Position numbers and translations under genes: made by a program. 64,000 nt of DNA from Torpedo marmorata. Lineage: Eukaryota. Below the pieces are notes generated by a model, which saw nothing but the letters and a program-made list of their open reading frames with translations, had not been told where the DNA came from and did no database searches. The stretch lies in contig OZ360222.1 in NCBI GenBank assembly GCA_977017645.1, forward strand, positions 81,282,001 to 81,346,000, given 5' to 3'. This document shows positions 12,460 through 24,751 of this stretch, piece by piece (position 1 is the first letter of the stretch; every line of letters starts with the position of its first letter).

Positions 12460-12780
12460 ATATCTCACTCTGCTTTCCACTAAACCTGCTTGTCGTTCCC
12501 TTCCCCTCCCCCCTCACCTGTCCCTGTTTTTCTCCACCTACCCAGCCATCCCTCCTCCCCCTCTTTGCTGCTGTCCCCTCCCTCCTTTCTCCACCTATCA
12601 TCTCCTGCCTTTGCCACCCCCCTTCCCCCCTCACTCTTTTGTTCGGACGCCTGCCGGCATTTTCTCATACTTTGATGAAGGGCTCAAGCCCGAAACGTCG
12701 GTTATGTATTTCTACCTTTGCTACATAAAAGACACTGTTTGACCTGCTGAGTTTCTCCAGCATTTGTGTTTTTTACTCAC
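12460..12780 (+). mobile_element. Penelope-like element pseudo-LTR fragment carrying a hammerhead motif
   Basis: Pyrimidine-rich tract, then TTGATGAAGGGCTCAAGCCCGAAACGTC and GACCTGCTGAGTTTCTCCAGCA. Confidence 0.75.
12666..12706 (+). ncRNA. Minimal type-I hammerhead ribozyme motif (variant core, probably degenerate)
   Basis: (U)UGAUGA core, stem II GGGCT-CA-AGCCC, GAAAC-GUC, short stem I CATACT/GGTTATG. The canonical C3 reads T. Confidence 0.55.
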
Positions 12781-13279
12781 TCAATATTGCTCTGATGCTG
12801 TTTTCATAGGTTAAGACTGACAGAGTCCAAATGATTCTCACTGGAGATTATGTTTTTCTTGTAAATTACTAAATATTCCATATATTATTAAACACATTAT
12901 AGATGCAGACAGAACAGAGGAACACATTTATTTTCACCTGGTACATTCTAATTCTTGCCTTTCCTTTCCCAGATTCTCGATCTCCAGTTCAAAGGATTGG
13001 TTAGCTAGCAGCTGGTATCTGCTGCAAGACCTCTCCTTTCTGCAGCGATCTTGACTACAATTCCTCCCTCCCTGATTTCTTTGACTCCATTTCATTCTCC
13101 CAAAATCTCTGTTTCTGTTATATCTACCCTGCCAAAATGCCCCTTTCACATTAATGTTTCCAATGTGTCTTCCTTTTTCCTCATCCATGATTTTGTCTAC
13201 AAATCTGCTCTATCTCTCCTTCCACTCTTGTCCTCACCTTCCAAATTCACCAGCCTCTATACTCCAATGTAATGATACA

Positions 13280-13720
13280 TTCTTCCTTCCCTCCCCATTT
13301 TCGCATTCCAAGGGGGCCGACCTTTCATAAACAGACAAATCAAGTCTTTCATCTCACAACCGATATCCACTCTCCTTCCCATCCAATTGCAGGAGATGAA
13401 ACACCTTCAAACGTGCTCCTATGTCTTATGGTCTTATGGTCCTAAATTTACTTTGTCCCTTCCTGTTAACCAAGAACCCAAGAGAAGCAGCATTCAGTGG
13501 TCACAATGCAGTTTCCTCTATGTTGCAGTAACCAAACACAGATTTCATGACAACTTTTCAAAACAGCCCTATTCATTCAGCAAGGGTGACCCTAAACTTC
13601 CTGTCACTTTAAGCCTCCATTCCACTATCTTTTACCCCCTGCACTGTTCTATCATAAACTAAAGGAACTAAAGCTCATCTTCTGACAGCCTTCAGGACTC
13701 AACAATGAATTCAATTATAT
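13280..13720 (+). mobile_element. Decayed Penelope-like ORF 3' end (GIY-YIG endonuclease remnant)
   Basis: SIQWSQCSFLYVAVTKHRFHDNFSKQ...KGDPKLPV resembles the PLE pattern CIRCSRCGLLYIGETKRRLGDRF.EH...LPVA. Confidence 0.65.
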
Positions 13721-13904
13721 TAAACAATTCAACATTCCCATTTTTATCTTGCATTTCTAACATTCATTGTTGTCTCCTCTCTTCAGTAATTTAAGATTTC
13801 CTTCCTCTTGCTTACAGACTTTCAGGACATGGCCTAATTCTGCTCCTAAGTCTTAAGATCTGGATACTCTTATGGAGCAGTTCACTCTTTGCCTTCATAC
13901 TCAA

Positions 13905-14170
13905 GCAGTTGATTAGAGAAAGCATGCAGGTGCAACAGGTAGTTAAAAGGAAAATGGTATATTGGCCTTCATAGCAAGATGATTTGAGTATAGGACCAGG
14001 GATATCTTACTGAAGGGCCTTGGTGAGACCACACCGTGCATATTGACCTGGGCTGCTAATCTAAGAAAGGGTGTTGTTGCTATGTAGAGAGTGTAGCAAA
14101 GATTTACCAGATTGATTCCCGGGGTGATAGGACTAACGTATGATGAGAAAGTACGATTGGGACCATATGG
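13905..14170 (+). mobile_element. CR1 LINE fragment
   Basis: GCAGGTGCAACAGGTAGTTAAAAGG...GGCCTTCATAGCAAG...GCCTTGGTGAGACCACAC matches the CR1 ORF2 C-terminal region. Confidence 0.8.
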
Positions 14171-14207
14171 GAGCAGTATGGAACAGCCATGGGGTTTAGT
14201 GCTGCAC

Positions 14208-14334
14208 AAGTACTGGAGAAACTCAGCAGGTCATGCAGCATAAATGGAAAGCAAAGAAAGCTTCAGGCCCAAAACGCCAACTGCCGATTGCTTTCCATGG
14301 ATGCTGCATGACCTGCTGAGTTTCTCCAGCACTT
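14208..14334. repeat. Palindromic Penelope-derived element (47-bp inverted arms)
   Basis: AAGTACTGGAGAAACTCAGCAGGTCATGCAGCATAAATGGAAAGCAA and its reverse complement, 3 mismatches. Confidence 0.85.
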
Positions 14335-15872
14335 TTTGGACTGTAATGATAAGTCTGTTTCTCACTTCACAGATGTTGCCTGAATTGCTGGATATTTCAG
14401 CATTCTGCTTTTAATTTCAGATTTTCAGCAAGTACAATGTATTGCTTCTCCAGTTTGTATATCCCAGTTACAGCATTGCTAATTTTCTCCTCTTTTATTT
14501 AGCTCTCTCCCTCTGTTTTATTTCTTCTGATCCTACTCACACCTCCTCCACATAGATCAGCAAACCTGCACCTCACTCTCTCAACTGGCACCTCCATCAC
14601 TTCTGTCCATCTCTATTGGCCTTCATCTACTATTGGCCATTCCTCTGTCTCCCCTTTTTTGGAGCATAAAACATGTCTGGTTTCTAACTTTTTTTAGTTC
14701 TCATAATGTTGTTAACCTGAAGTGTTAACTCTGTTTCTCTCACCTCAAATGCTGCCTGGCCATCTGAGTACAGTATTTCACACATTCTCTCCTTTCATTT
14801 CAGATCGCCATTATCTTCAGTTTTTGGTTTTCAAAAGCCAAAACGTGAGTTCAACAGCAGCAACTAAAACAATGTTATTTATCCAAAAATGGGAACAATG
14901 ACTGAGGTGCCTACAATACTCAACCAATTAAAGACAAATTCAATCCAACAATTTACCATCCCATCAACTGATTTGCAATGATCAGAAAATGACACAATCT
15001 TCTGTCAACCGTGCTTTTAAATGTGATTTAATTATAAATAACATGCTAGCCAGTGCTCAGTTCTCCCAATTTCATCCAGCTCTCAATCTTGCCCTCACTG
15101 CTAACGTGAATACCACATTTCAACATCAGAGATAAGGTGTAAAGTGACATCAAGACATTTAAAAAGTGTACCATGAAGGAGTCAAATTAAGATTTGTTCT
15201 GCTTGATGGCAGCTATTCATCTCTGCCCCAGGACATTGTTTCTGGACTTCCTCAAGGAAAAATCTAAAGGTCCAATTATATTCAACTAATTTATCACAGA
15301 CTTTCCTCACCTCACAAGGCCAGAAGAGACACTATTTACTAATCATTGTTCAATCTTCTTCTCGACTTATAACTTGTTAGGCAATGAGACAATCCATACA
15401 TACAAGCAGGTTCTGGCTGAAAATGTTAAATAATATTACTTGTGACACAAATGTTATACAATGGAGATCAAAAGGGAATGGACAATAATAAAATAGAACT
15501 TCAATCTTTGGCTTTCCTGCCATCAAAATCCTGAGTATCTCTGTTGACCAAGAGTTCATCTCAAACTTATATTTTGGCTACCAAATCATCTTCGCAGTTG
15601 AGTTTTCTGTTTCAAGTGGCTCACCAAATGACCCTCCAAATCTTCTTTATAATCTAGAAAACACAAGTCAGGAGACCAAACGAATTCTCTCCATTTGCTT
15701 TGATAGGTGCAGTTGTAATAACACAGAAGTACTGTGAAAATAATCAGAACAGAGTTTGTTTGCTGGTTTATTCACAGATTTATGTATCCACTCCCTTCAC
15801 CAGTGGCACACTGTGCATTTAATATACCGTCATCTTAGGCAGTGCCTCATGATCATGGATGACTTATTAAAA

Positions 15873-16586
15873 AGACAAAAGTGCTGGAGGAACTCAGCAG
15901 GTCTTCCAGCATCCATGGGAGGTAAAGATAACACTGGACAATGAAGATGTTGCTTCCTGTACACTTTTGCATGTATTTTATGGATTTTGGACTGCTGATC
16001 ACTAAAATCACCTTAAGAATTTCCTGTCACATACCGATGTTTTAGATATAACCTATTTTTGTGATTTCCTGTCATATTTTAACTCTACTTCGAGCATACA
16101 GAACCATGAAGTGCAACCTGTTATTGAAATTTCATTTTCTACATTCGCACTTGGACTTATTCCCTGCTGATCTTGGTGCAGTCAGTGATGAACATGGTGA
16201 AAGGTTTCACCAGGACATTGTGACCATGGAAAAGCGGTATCAGAGCAACTGGAATCCCTCAATGCTGGCCGACTATTGTTGGACACTGACACGAGAGGCA
16301 TCAGATGCTGAGTACAAACGAAATTCGGTGGCAAAACATTTTTAGGTGAGTTGCACTAATGCAATGTGTCAGCATCATTATGTGATTAAACATGCTAAAT
16401 TCAATAATAGTTAATTGAATGTTTATCTAACTTCCTACGTGAAACAGCAAATCTGAAATTATCTTTGTGTTCAGCGTGAAGTTGTCTATCATAATTCACA
16501 TTTTGTTTTCAGGAAGCAAACCTTTTGAAAAAAATTGTTGTCCAGTGTAAATAACCAAGGTTTCGGGCCTGAGCCCTTCTTCTAGT
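15873..16586 (-). mobile_element. Penelope pseudo-LTR fragment split by the Chapaev3 insertion
   Basis: CTGGAGGAACTCAGCAGGTC...GGTAAAGATA resumes at 16548 as ATAACCAAGGTTTCGGGCCTGAGCCCTTCTTC, the reverse complement of the 12672 motif. Confidence 0.7.
15932..16547 (+). mobile_element. Chapaev3-type (CMC) DNA transposon, deletion derivative with transposase C-terminus
   Basis: TIR CACTGGACAA...TTGTCCAGTG, 3-bp TSD TAA, ORF 16061-16345 LKFHFLHSHLDLFPADLGAVSDEHGERFHQDIVTMEKRYQ...MLADYCW. Confidence 0.8.
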
Positions 16587-19500
16587 CCAGCTTTGTTGGT
16601 TCTAAAGTGGCTATTGATGCCAATGTTGGACCACAGACACTTCCACATGTGGGGGAATTGATGGTTTTCAGTGTGACGTGATCCTCCCCTTCTGCTGTCC
16701 AAGATCTTCTAGGGGAAGTGATTACCAGGCAGACAGGAGGAAAGATTCAAACTGGAGAATGAGCTTTTGGGAAGGTATTGAAACTCTCAAGCCCATACAT
16801 CAGGAGCAGACATGGGCCCTCCATAAATGGCATGCAATATGGACAATCAAATTAAAGCATTGCAGCAACCAACCAAGACTTCTTCATCACACCTCCCATA
16901 CCTGCAACCTACATCATTCAGTAAGACTAAGAAATGTATAGGAACAATATCACCTTTTCCAAGTCATACATTTATCTGACTGTCATGTATTTCATCATTT
17001 TTCCACCGATGCATCAAAATTCTTAGAAACTCGACATACCAACATTTTGGGAGCAGCTGCACAAAAGAATCACAGTGGTTCAATAAAGCATGCAAATGTC
17101 ACCTTTCTTGGGACAATTAGGCAGTACAACCGTCATCTGTAAATGAGAAAAAGACAATTAAATGTCACTTCGGATTGTTTGGATGTATAGCTGATGCACA
17201 CAAATTAATGTACTTATAGCAATTGCCAATAAACATTAAATGAAAGAGACTGGATTACTTGCTTTCGCCAATAACAGAAGCAAATTTAGGCATTTTAGTT
17301 TGAATGTTGAGCCTCTTTACCTACAGCAGAGGCCTGGGAAATTATTGTCAGAAAATGAAACAAAAATTCTAGTCAACAGCAAGGGAAAAATAGTAGAAAA
17401 ATATTGATAGTTTCAAAAGCAGGAACTAACTTTCACCCTTAACCTGCCACTATTTTCTGGAAAATCCCATCTTCCTGCATCAACTCATGCACATACAGTT
17501 GTTTTGAAAATAGTTTTATGGATAAAAATACATGCTTCTTAAAAATTGCTCTATTACTATAATAGTATCACCACTCTGTCAAATTAAACACCATCAAGGG
17601 TAAATTGTCCATATGCTTTCCTGCATGTCTCTTTTTACTATTATCTTTCTTGCATCAGTCCCTTGCACACTAATTGTACGTGTTCCCTGTTTGGAAAGCA
17701 GTAATTAAGAAGGCAGTCTTGAGTCTAATAAAAAGAATGGAATGTGGGGATTAACCCAGTGAGATATTCAACCATGCAATTGATCTCTGAAACAAGAAAT
17801 AGAGATTGGATGAAGGGGGAAAGATGCAATGCAGAAAATGAGGCATTCATTTCTTGTATCTCTCAGTTATAGTGTGTGCCAAACAAGCAACCTCAAAGAT
17901 ATCTTGTCTTTGCCACAGTACTCTCAATCAGATAATAGAGACATGCCAAAAATATAGGCAGGATTATTTTTATATTAATATTTCTGATTGTAATGCTTTC
18001 AGGAGAGATGAGGATGGAAAAGAACAAGTGGATTGGCTCACCAGATTGTAAGATTAGATTTGAATAGAATCTATTATGAAATGGTTAAATAACAGGAATT
18101 AAAATGTTTGAATGAGATAGAGGTAGAGATCTGCTGACAATTCTGAAATTTGTAGGAACAGCAGAGCAATAATATTGATAAATTCAAACAATATCAGGAT
18201 AGCCTGAAATTAAGATTATTGATAAAGTCCAAAGATGCAATACTTTCTAAAGTTCATCCAGGTCTACTTCTAGAGCAGTGGGTTTATCATTCACTAAAGC
18301 AAAAAAATAATACTGTAGTCAATTTGATTATGGACCATTAAATGTGGAGTTGGTAGTGACACAGAACCCTCCCCTGCACCTGAATATAAAGCTATGGTAG
18401 ACATGGCACTAGGAAGTTTGTGACAATTCAAGGTGGGGTTGCTTTTCTTCACTTGCTTGTGAAACATTTTTAATTTGAATGCTATTATTCAAGATTGACC
18501 TTGTGCATAATGTGGTAAAATATGTCTTCCTCGGCTTTATCAAAAATCATGGGTCTGGGTCTGATTTCCTTGTTAACTGTTCCTTGTAGAACCAGTAAGT
18601 GAGGCATTTATAAGGTGGGGGCATCTGCTTGTGGGGAAAAGGAGGCTAGTTCAAACTATGATTAATATGTGACCAGAAATAACAATTTAAAAAGTAGGGA
18701 TATTTTAAATTTATATTTTGTGATCGATATAGATTCTCTTTAAATATTCAGGAGCTTTATGTGGATATTTGCTCCAATTTTGCTTTATTAAACAATTTAA
18801 TGGGTAAATCACGTATATTGTTACATTGACCTTGTCAACACAAGCAACCAAGATATTTCAGAGATACTGTGAAACAAATGGTACATAATTGTTTCATGGG
18901 TGAAAAGAGTCTCCATTTTCATTTGTACCAATATTTTTTTCTATCAAGATGTCGAGGTAATACAGCTCCTTAATACGTTGCCCCCACACAACCTGACATG
19001 AACATGACCCGAGTGAACGCACAATCCTGCAATTGGCCAGTTAATGTCAATCTAAATTAACGTGGACCAGCGAGTTGCTTTTATCTGGATTTTTATATGA
19101 ATATCGACACCTAAAATGGTATTTTTCACACATTTCTGTTATGTGACTACTCAGTGTAACCTATGGTTCGGCAATGTGTAATGATTAACAATACCAGCTT
19201 CACTTGCTTAGCTAGAATTTTTCTGCTTCGTAGTTCTATCCAATTTTCTCTTTACGTTGCTGTTACCATTTTCTTTCTCAGCATCACTGAAGTTTTATTT
19301 TCAAACATAGTACACGTAAACTCCGAAGATACCATCTAAGCCACTTGTAATCACAGTGTGACTAGCAGGTAGACAAGGTGCAGTTACACAACGACAGCGT
19401 TGACACAGCTGTATTCGTGCTGGGGACAATTTAAGGTCCAAAGTTATTATTCTTCGATAGAATTTCCAACTTGTTAACACGTCCTTGTACAAATATTACT

Positions 19501-20589
19501 GAAATCTGCACCATTCACCTTTCTGCATTTGCTGGTTCAACTTTTAACCTCTGACCTGCGCTACCCTGGTAACGGAGATAATGCTTGCGTCGCCCATCAG
19601 ACGCAAAATAATTGAAGTATATTGTCACATTTTCAAAAGAAAATACTGAGTAAACACCAGAGATTATAAAGCACAGTGAAATTCAGAGATCAAGACCTGT
19701 GCAACTTCCGATGAGATAAGCTACAGGCTTCAGTGTTTTAGGAAGTGATCTATGTATTTAGTTATTTGACCTACTGCAAGTGCACCGATACATTGACAGG
19801 GAAAGACGAGGGAGCTGACACTGGGAAATATTTTTGACGTTGAGATGTAAGCGACCATTCGGTTGCTGTGCAGCAAAACACGAGATGGGGACAACAATGT
19901 CTTACCACGTAATATCAAAATCCAAATTGCCTGTCAATTTGAAGTAGTGCTTGACCACGGAACAGAGAGCATTAGATGTTTTCTTTGGACTCGATTCGAA
20001 TTATTTTTGATCTTTCACTGTTAGTGGAAAATGATATTATTAAAACCATTTTCCATATGTTGGGTTGGAGTTCCGATGTATCTATCCATCAGGCTATTTA
20101 CTTTCAATTCCATTCTCTGCTATCAGCTATCAATCTTGCTCCGCGTTTATCTCCATCTCTGTATATCTAGACTTCAATGTCTGTTCAGATTTATTGCAAA
20201 ACTACCTTTAATTCCAATGCTTTTACATTTATATTGCAACATAGTATTAATCGAGCGAGGTTGTAGCAGTTAAACAATAAATATTACTTAAGTCGCGCTT
20301 CGCAATTTAACATTTCCCGTCAACTGTCCTGCCAGTGTTCCATTGCAATTTTGTTTCCAGTTTTTAACTCCATGCTGCTTGTGATCATGTTTAACTTAGT
20401 CTGTTTGGATTTTTAAAAATCATTCTAAGTTCCCGGGCACGGGAAGACAACTTTCCATCAATGTGTTGCGCAGCGTCAATTCCATCTACAACTACCGTTG
20501 TCTCATTGTGGTTCTTTGATAGGACAGGGCACACATACATTGCAATGGTTAGGCAAAAAGGCACATTCAGTTATTTCCCTAATAATATA

Positions 20590-20635
20590 GTGTGTGTGTG
20601 TGCGTGTGCGTGTGCGTGTGCGTGTGTGTGTGTGA
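20590..20635. repeat. (TG)n/(TGCGTG)n microsatellite
   Basis: Read directly from the sequence. Confidence 0.95.
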
Positions 20636-23600
20636 GGTCACTACATAATGTCTTTTGGTAAAGTCAGAATTCTCTCTTCAAGCTATTCCCATAACACTAA
20701 AAATCAGATGTCGTTTGAATGAACGTCATTACTTTCAAAAATCGTATTTTTTGAATTGGCAATGTAAATTCTTTTTAGCCGCATTCGTTTTATTCATAAG
20801 TTTAGTGTGAGTTTGCCAGACCAAAAACTAACTTTTTGTCCCCATTACTGTTAGCCTAGGTGTCGATCCGAGTGATAGATTACACCGAATGTCCTTCAGT
20901 TTGGTGCGTTTCTGTGGGTTTTTTTTGCGCAATGATGACGGTGATATTTACTTCGTAATTTTTATAAATTATAAATGGTTGACACCGTGAGACTTGGATA
21001 TTTTTGTGTCATTTTTTCAGGTTAGCCACAATCGCTTTTGCACCATTCTTGCTAATCGATTCTGCGTGTAACTCTGTTGAGAAAGACATAGGTAAACCTA
21101 AGGTTTGTTGTCTTGTTAACCTATGGTAGTCCAATAACCACTTCATCTTTTCTAAGTAACCACCTGGAAGTTGAATTATTTTCTACTTTGCGCGAAGCTA
21201 ATCTATTTAATAATACATCAAATTCATAGATGGGGCTTTCTTCTACCAAATATGGTAAAATCTGACCGCATCTGTTCCTTTGAACAGCTCAAGTACAACA
21301 TTATATTTGGTACATTATAGGTGTACGTGTACAAAAAAATAAAACGGCTGAGTTTAACATTTCCGTTTCTTTCACATCAAATTGAAGATTGGAACATTGG
21401 AAATAAAGTTATAATCACATCCCCAATGTTCACACACTTCGAGCCGACGATGCATAGGAAAGTAAGTTTAGCATACGCAAACATTGCTACCAACTGTGCT
21501 GCCGTCTAGGCAGAATTATCACAAGGAGTTTCTAAAACGTTCTCCACCGACCCCCTGAACCGAAATATTCACCCTGTTATGCGCAAGTTATTTATCAGAT
21601 AATCGAATGTGGTCTCTTTTAGCATCTACGCCCCCTATTCCTTTACTGCTAATTAATATATGAGTAAGATTTATTTCAAACGGGAGTTTGTAACTTCATG
21701 CATCAAGTTGTCATCCCCATCTCCAAATATATCACGTCAAGCATTAACAGTAAGTTTGTTCTGTATCTCACTTTACCTTGTTTTTTGTCTTAGTTTCTAA
21801 AGATCTGACGAATTATACTACTTTGTTAACACTTTTTTCCCTCTAGACTTAGCAGAATTTGTCTAATGTCAGACCTGTGGTTTTCCACTCCTATCCATGG
21901 TGACCGAACTGTTTGCCCTCTTTCAAGGTACACTATTTCAAATTTACTTTAGGAAGAAATACTATTCTTTCTATCAGTATCTTTAAGTTGCTACAAGTTT
22001 TCTGAATCATTAACAATTTCCCTCCCAAATCATCGCCGCGGACGTGACTGCATTACCATAGGCTTCTGTACCGAATATACAATATTTCGATTTCTCCATC
22101 TCTGAAGCACGTTTATTACAAGGTTAATGGCTCAAACAAGCCAGGTACTTTGCAGTAATATTTCATCTGTCTTAATTAGTATCTTCTTTGAACCAAATGT
22201 CCGATGAAGGATATAACAACCCCACACCGACACCACATATATGCCAAATTTTATTGTAGGTGACATATCGGTGTACGAACGTGTTTAGCAATATTATTTT
22301 CAGAATTCAAAGGCACATTCTGACCCTATAGGTTTACCCTTTTTCACAAACTGCACTGTTGGTAGGACGCCTCATGAGCTAAATTGTTCCTCTAAACAAC
22401 GTGCATTGTTTTCCACGTCGGTGTTCCAGCTGGCATTGAACTCCCGCAATCAAAGATAATGAGGGTTAAAATAATATTTCGACCACCTAATCACCGTCAT
22501 ATATGCAGTGCAGTATTCTATAGCACATCTTATATTTCAAAATTATGCAGGCAAAACAACTGCATACTCTATTGCACTTTCAGAAACAGTATCTCACTAA
22601 AATCTGTGTTAGTAAAGAGTTAATGGATAACGGTTGAGAACAGTACACTTCATGCGGTGAAAATCATATCTTATTTGTTATGAATGTAGGAATCATCATA
22701 GTTTTTTTTGTTCACATGGTATAACAAATTTGTATCAGTAAATTACGCCTAACAATGCAAATTTAGCCCAATATCAAATTGAATAACTATTAGATTTCCT
22801 TCAGAACAGCGATCTTTTTTTAAAATCAAAATTGCATTTTCCATGAATAAAGATTGTAGGTTTATTTAAAAACTCTCTTAATATCTATATTTCCAGCCTG
22901 GAAATTCATAATAAGAATGTGCGCATATGTGCGAGGCAGCAGAGTTGTGGAATAATATTCCAGAGCAAAGCAGGGAGACCCGCATCTCCTTGCTCTTTGA
23001 ACAACCCGATGTCATCTGGTCCTTGATTGTAATAAAATTCTCAAATTTGGAGAGACACTATGCTTTGAAATTCAAATTTATTTAACTCTGATTCACGCAC
23101 AGCTACTGACTTATGCACAAGTCTACGTGTTTATATGTATGGTACCCACAGTGTTTTCTCCTTTACGTGGCGCGGAAATACAGCGAAGGCTGTTTTAAAG
23201 TAACTACTTGGGTTACGGGTTCCCAGACAGTCGTCGATATTTTCGCCATTCCACCATGCAAATTGTCGTCAGACAGGTTGGGGTAGGCTAAAGTATTGAT
23301 TTTAGTTCGAATTAGCCCACTCAGGTAAAGGTGGGTATTCGCGTCAATAAAATAGCAAGGATGGTCAAAATTAGAACATTCAGCGGAAAAGTGGGAAGTT
23401 GATAAATTGGTCTTCAACTTTTGAGTCATTTACACGAGTTTTCAAAGCCAGCCTTGCAGACGGATTAATGCGAACCCTTTGTTATTATTTTATGGGGCAT
23501 GAGATTGGAAATGTATGCAGTGCAGAAACAGGCTGATGGGCATAAATCAAAGACTGATTTCTAGTCACATCACCCCTTTAAAACGCCTGGAAAACCTTTC

Positions 23601-24342
23601 GAGTCGAAAGGGAAAGAAATAATCTGTAATTCTACACAGAGAAATAGACATATAGTTTAAATGAACGTCAGATCCTCTTGAAATTAAGCACTTAATGTCG
23701 TAAGCAACAATAAAGGCACAATTTATCCGTAAATAGGGAGGACCAAGTAATGCGGGCGAGAATTGTATGCAACAATATAAGAATTTGTGTTTTCATAACT
23801 CCAACATTTAAATCACATACGAGTTCATGAATAGTCGAGCTCAAGGTACATCTTGAGCAACGCACAACCTTAAACAGTTTTACTCATATGCAAGAGAATT
23901 ACTCAAACTAATCCGCTAACACCAGAGACACACAACGTTTATTTTAAGGTTAAATAGAGCAATGTGTCGCAAGAAATAAACTAAATAAATAAACCATGGC
24001 AATTACACTACAAGAACAGGCGAATGGTCTTAAGTATAAATCTTGCATTAAAAAAACCCAGAAACATACACCGTAATCAGTTTCAATTGTTTCTTGACAA
24101 CTCCTAAGTTAAAAAGGAGATGAAGATTTGTTTATTTTTTATTATCTTCTCATATAAAAATATAGCAATGTGCACGCTCCTACCGTGAGTTTTTAAAATG
24201 CTGAAAACATGCACAGATCTCTGCCAAATTTTCCTATCATTACAGTTGGGTTACTCTCTCCTCAGGTGTACCAGGCTGGCGCTCTGAGAAACATAGCAAA
24301 TCCTTCAAACCCTACAAGTTTGTCGCGTGGATCAGCTTGGGG

Positions 24343-24460
24343 CTCTCTCTGTCTCTGCATCTCTCTCTCTCTCTCCTTCTCTCTCTCTCTCTCTCCCCCA
24401 CCCCTACTCCTCTCTCTTTCTTTTAAACAGACACACACACACAAACACACACTCACACAC
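24343..24460. repeat. (CT)n and (CA)n tracts just upstream of the putative TSS
   Basis: Read directly from the sequence. Confidence 0.9.
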
Positions 24461-24578
24461 ATTCTATCCATCCCTGTAGATTCTCTTTCTATATTTCTTT
24501 CTTCCACTGGAAGGGGGGCTCATGCGCAAAATTACGCATTCTTCTCTCATTTGTTCCTTGTATCAATCAAAAAGTTGG

Positions 24579-24588
24579 CTATTTATAG
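24579..24588 (+). promoter_or_regulatory. Composite TATA-like/MEF2 site CTATTTATAG
   Basis: Exact match to MEF2 YTA(A/T)4TAR, located ~170 nt upstream of a GTGAGT donor in the CpG-rich domain. Confidence 0.55.
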
Positions 24589-24610
24589 GCTACAGAGCCT
24601 GGGATGGTAA

Positions 24611-24751
24611 TACTGATCTCCCCCTCTCTGTCTGTTCCGAAGTTGCTAAGTGGTCAGGTTGAGTGCAGCTATTTGTCCATTTGCTATTGCTGAGTCCAGG
24701 AGGAAGGTCCCAAGCTGTGATTAACTCAATCTAACTGCAACCACGAACCAT
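24611..24751 (+). other. Putative first exon (5' UTR) of an unidentified host gene; start approximate
   Basis: TATA-like box ~30 nt upstream; donor CAT|GTGAGT at 24752. Confidence 0.5.

Noticed and set aside
24209-24610. 133-aa ORF at the promoter
   Set aside because: Kept open by (CT)n/(CA)n repeats; low-complexity translation.
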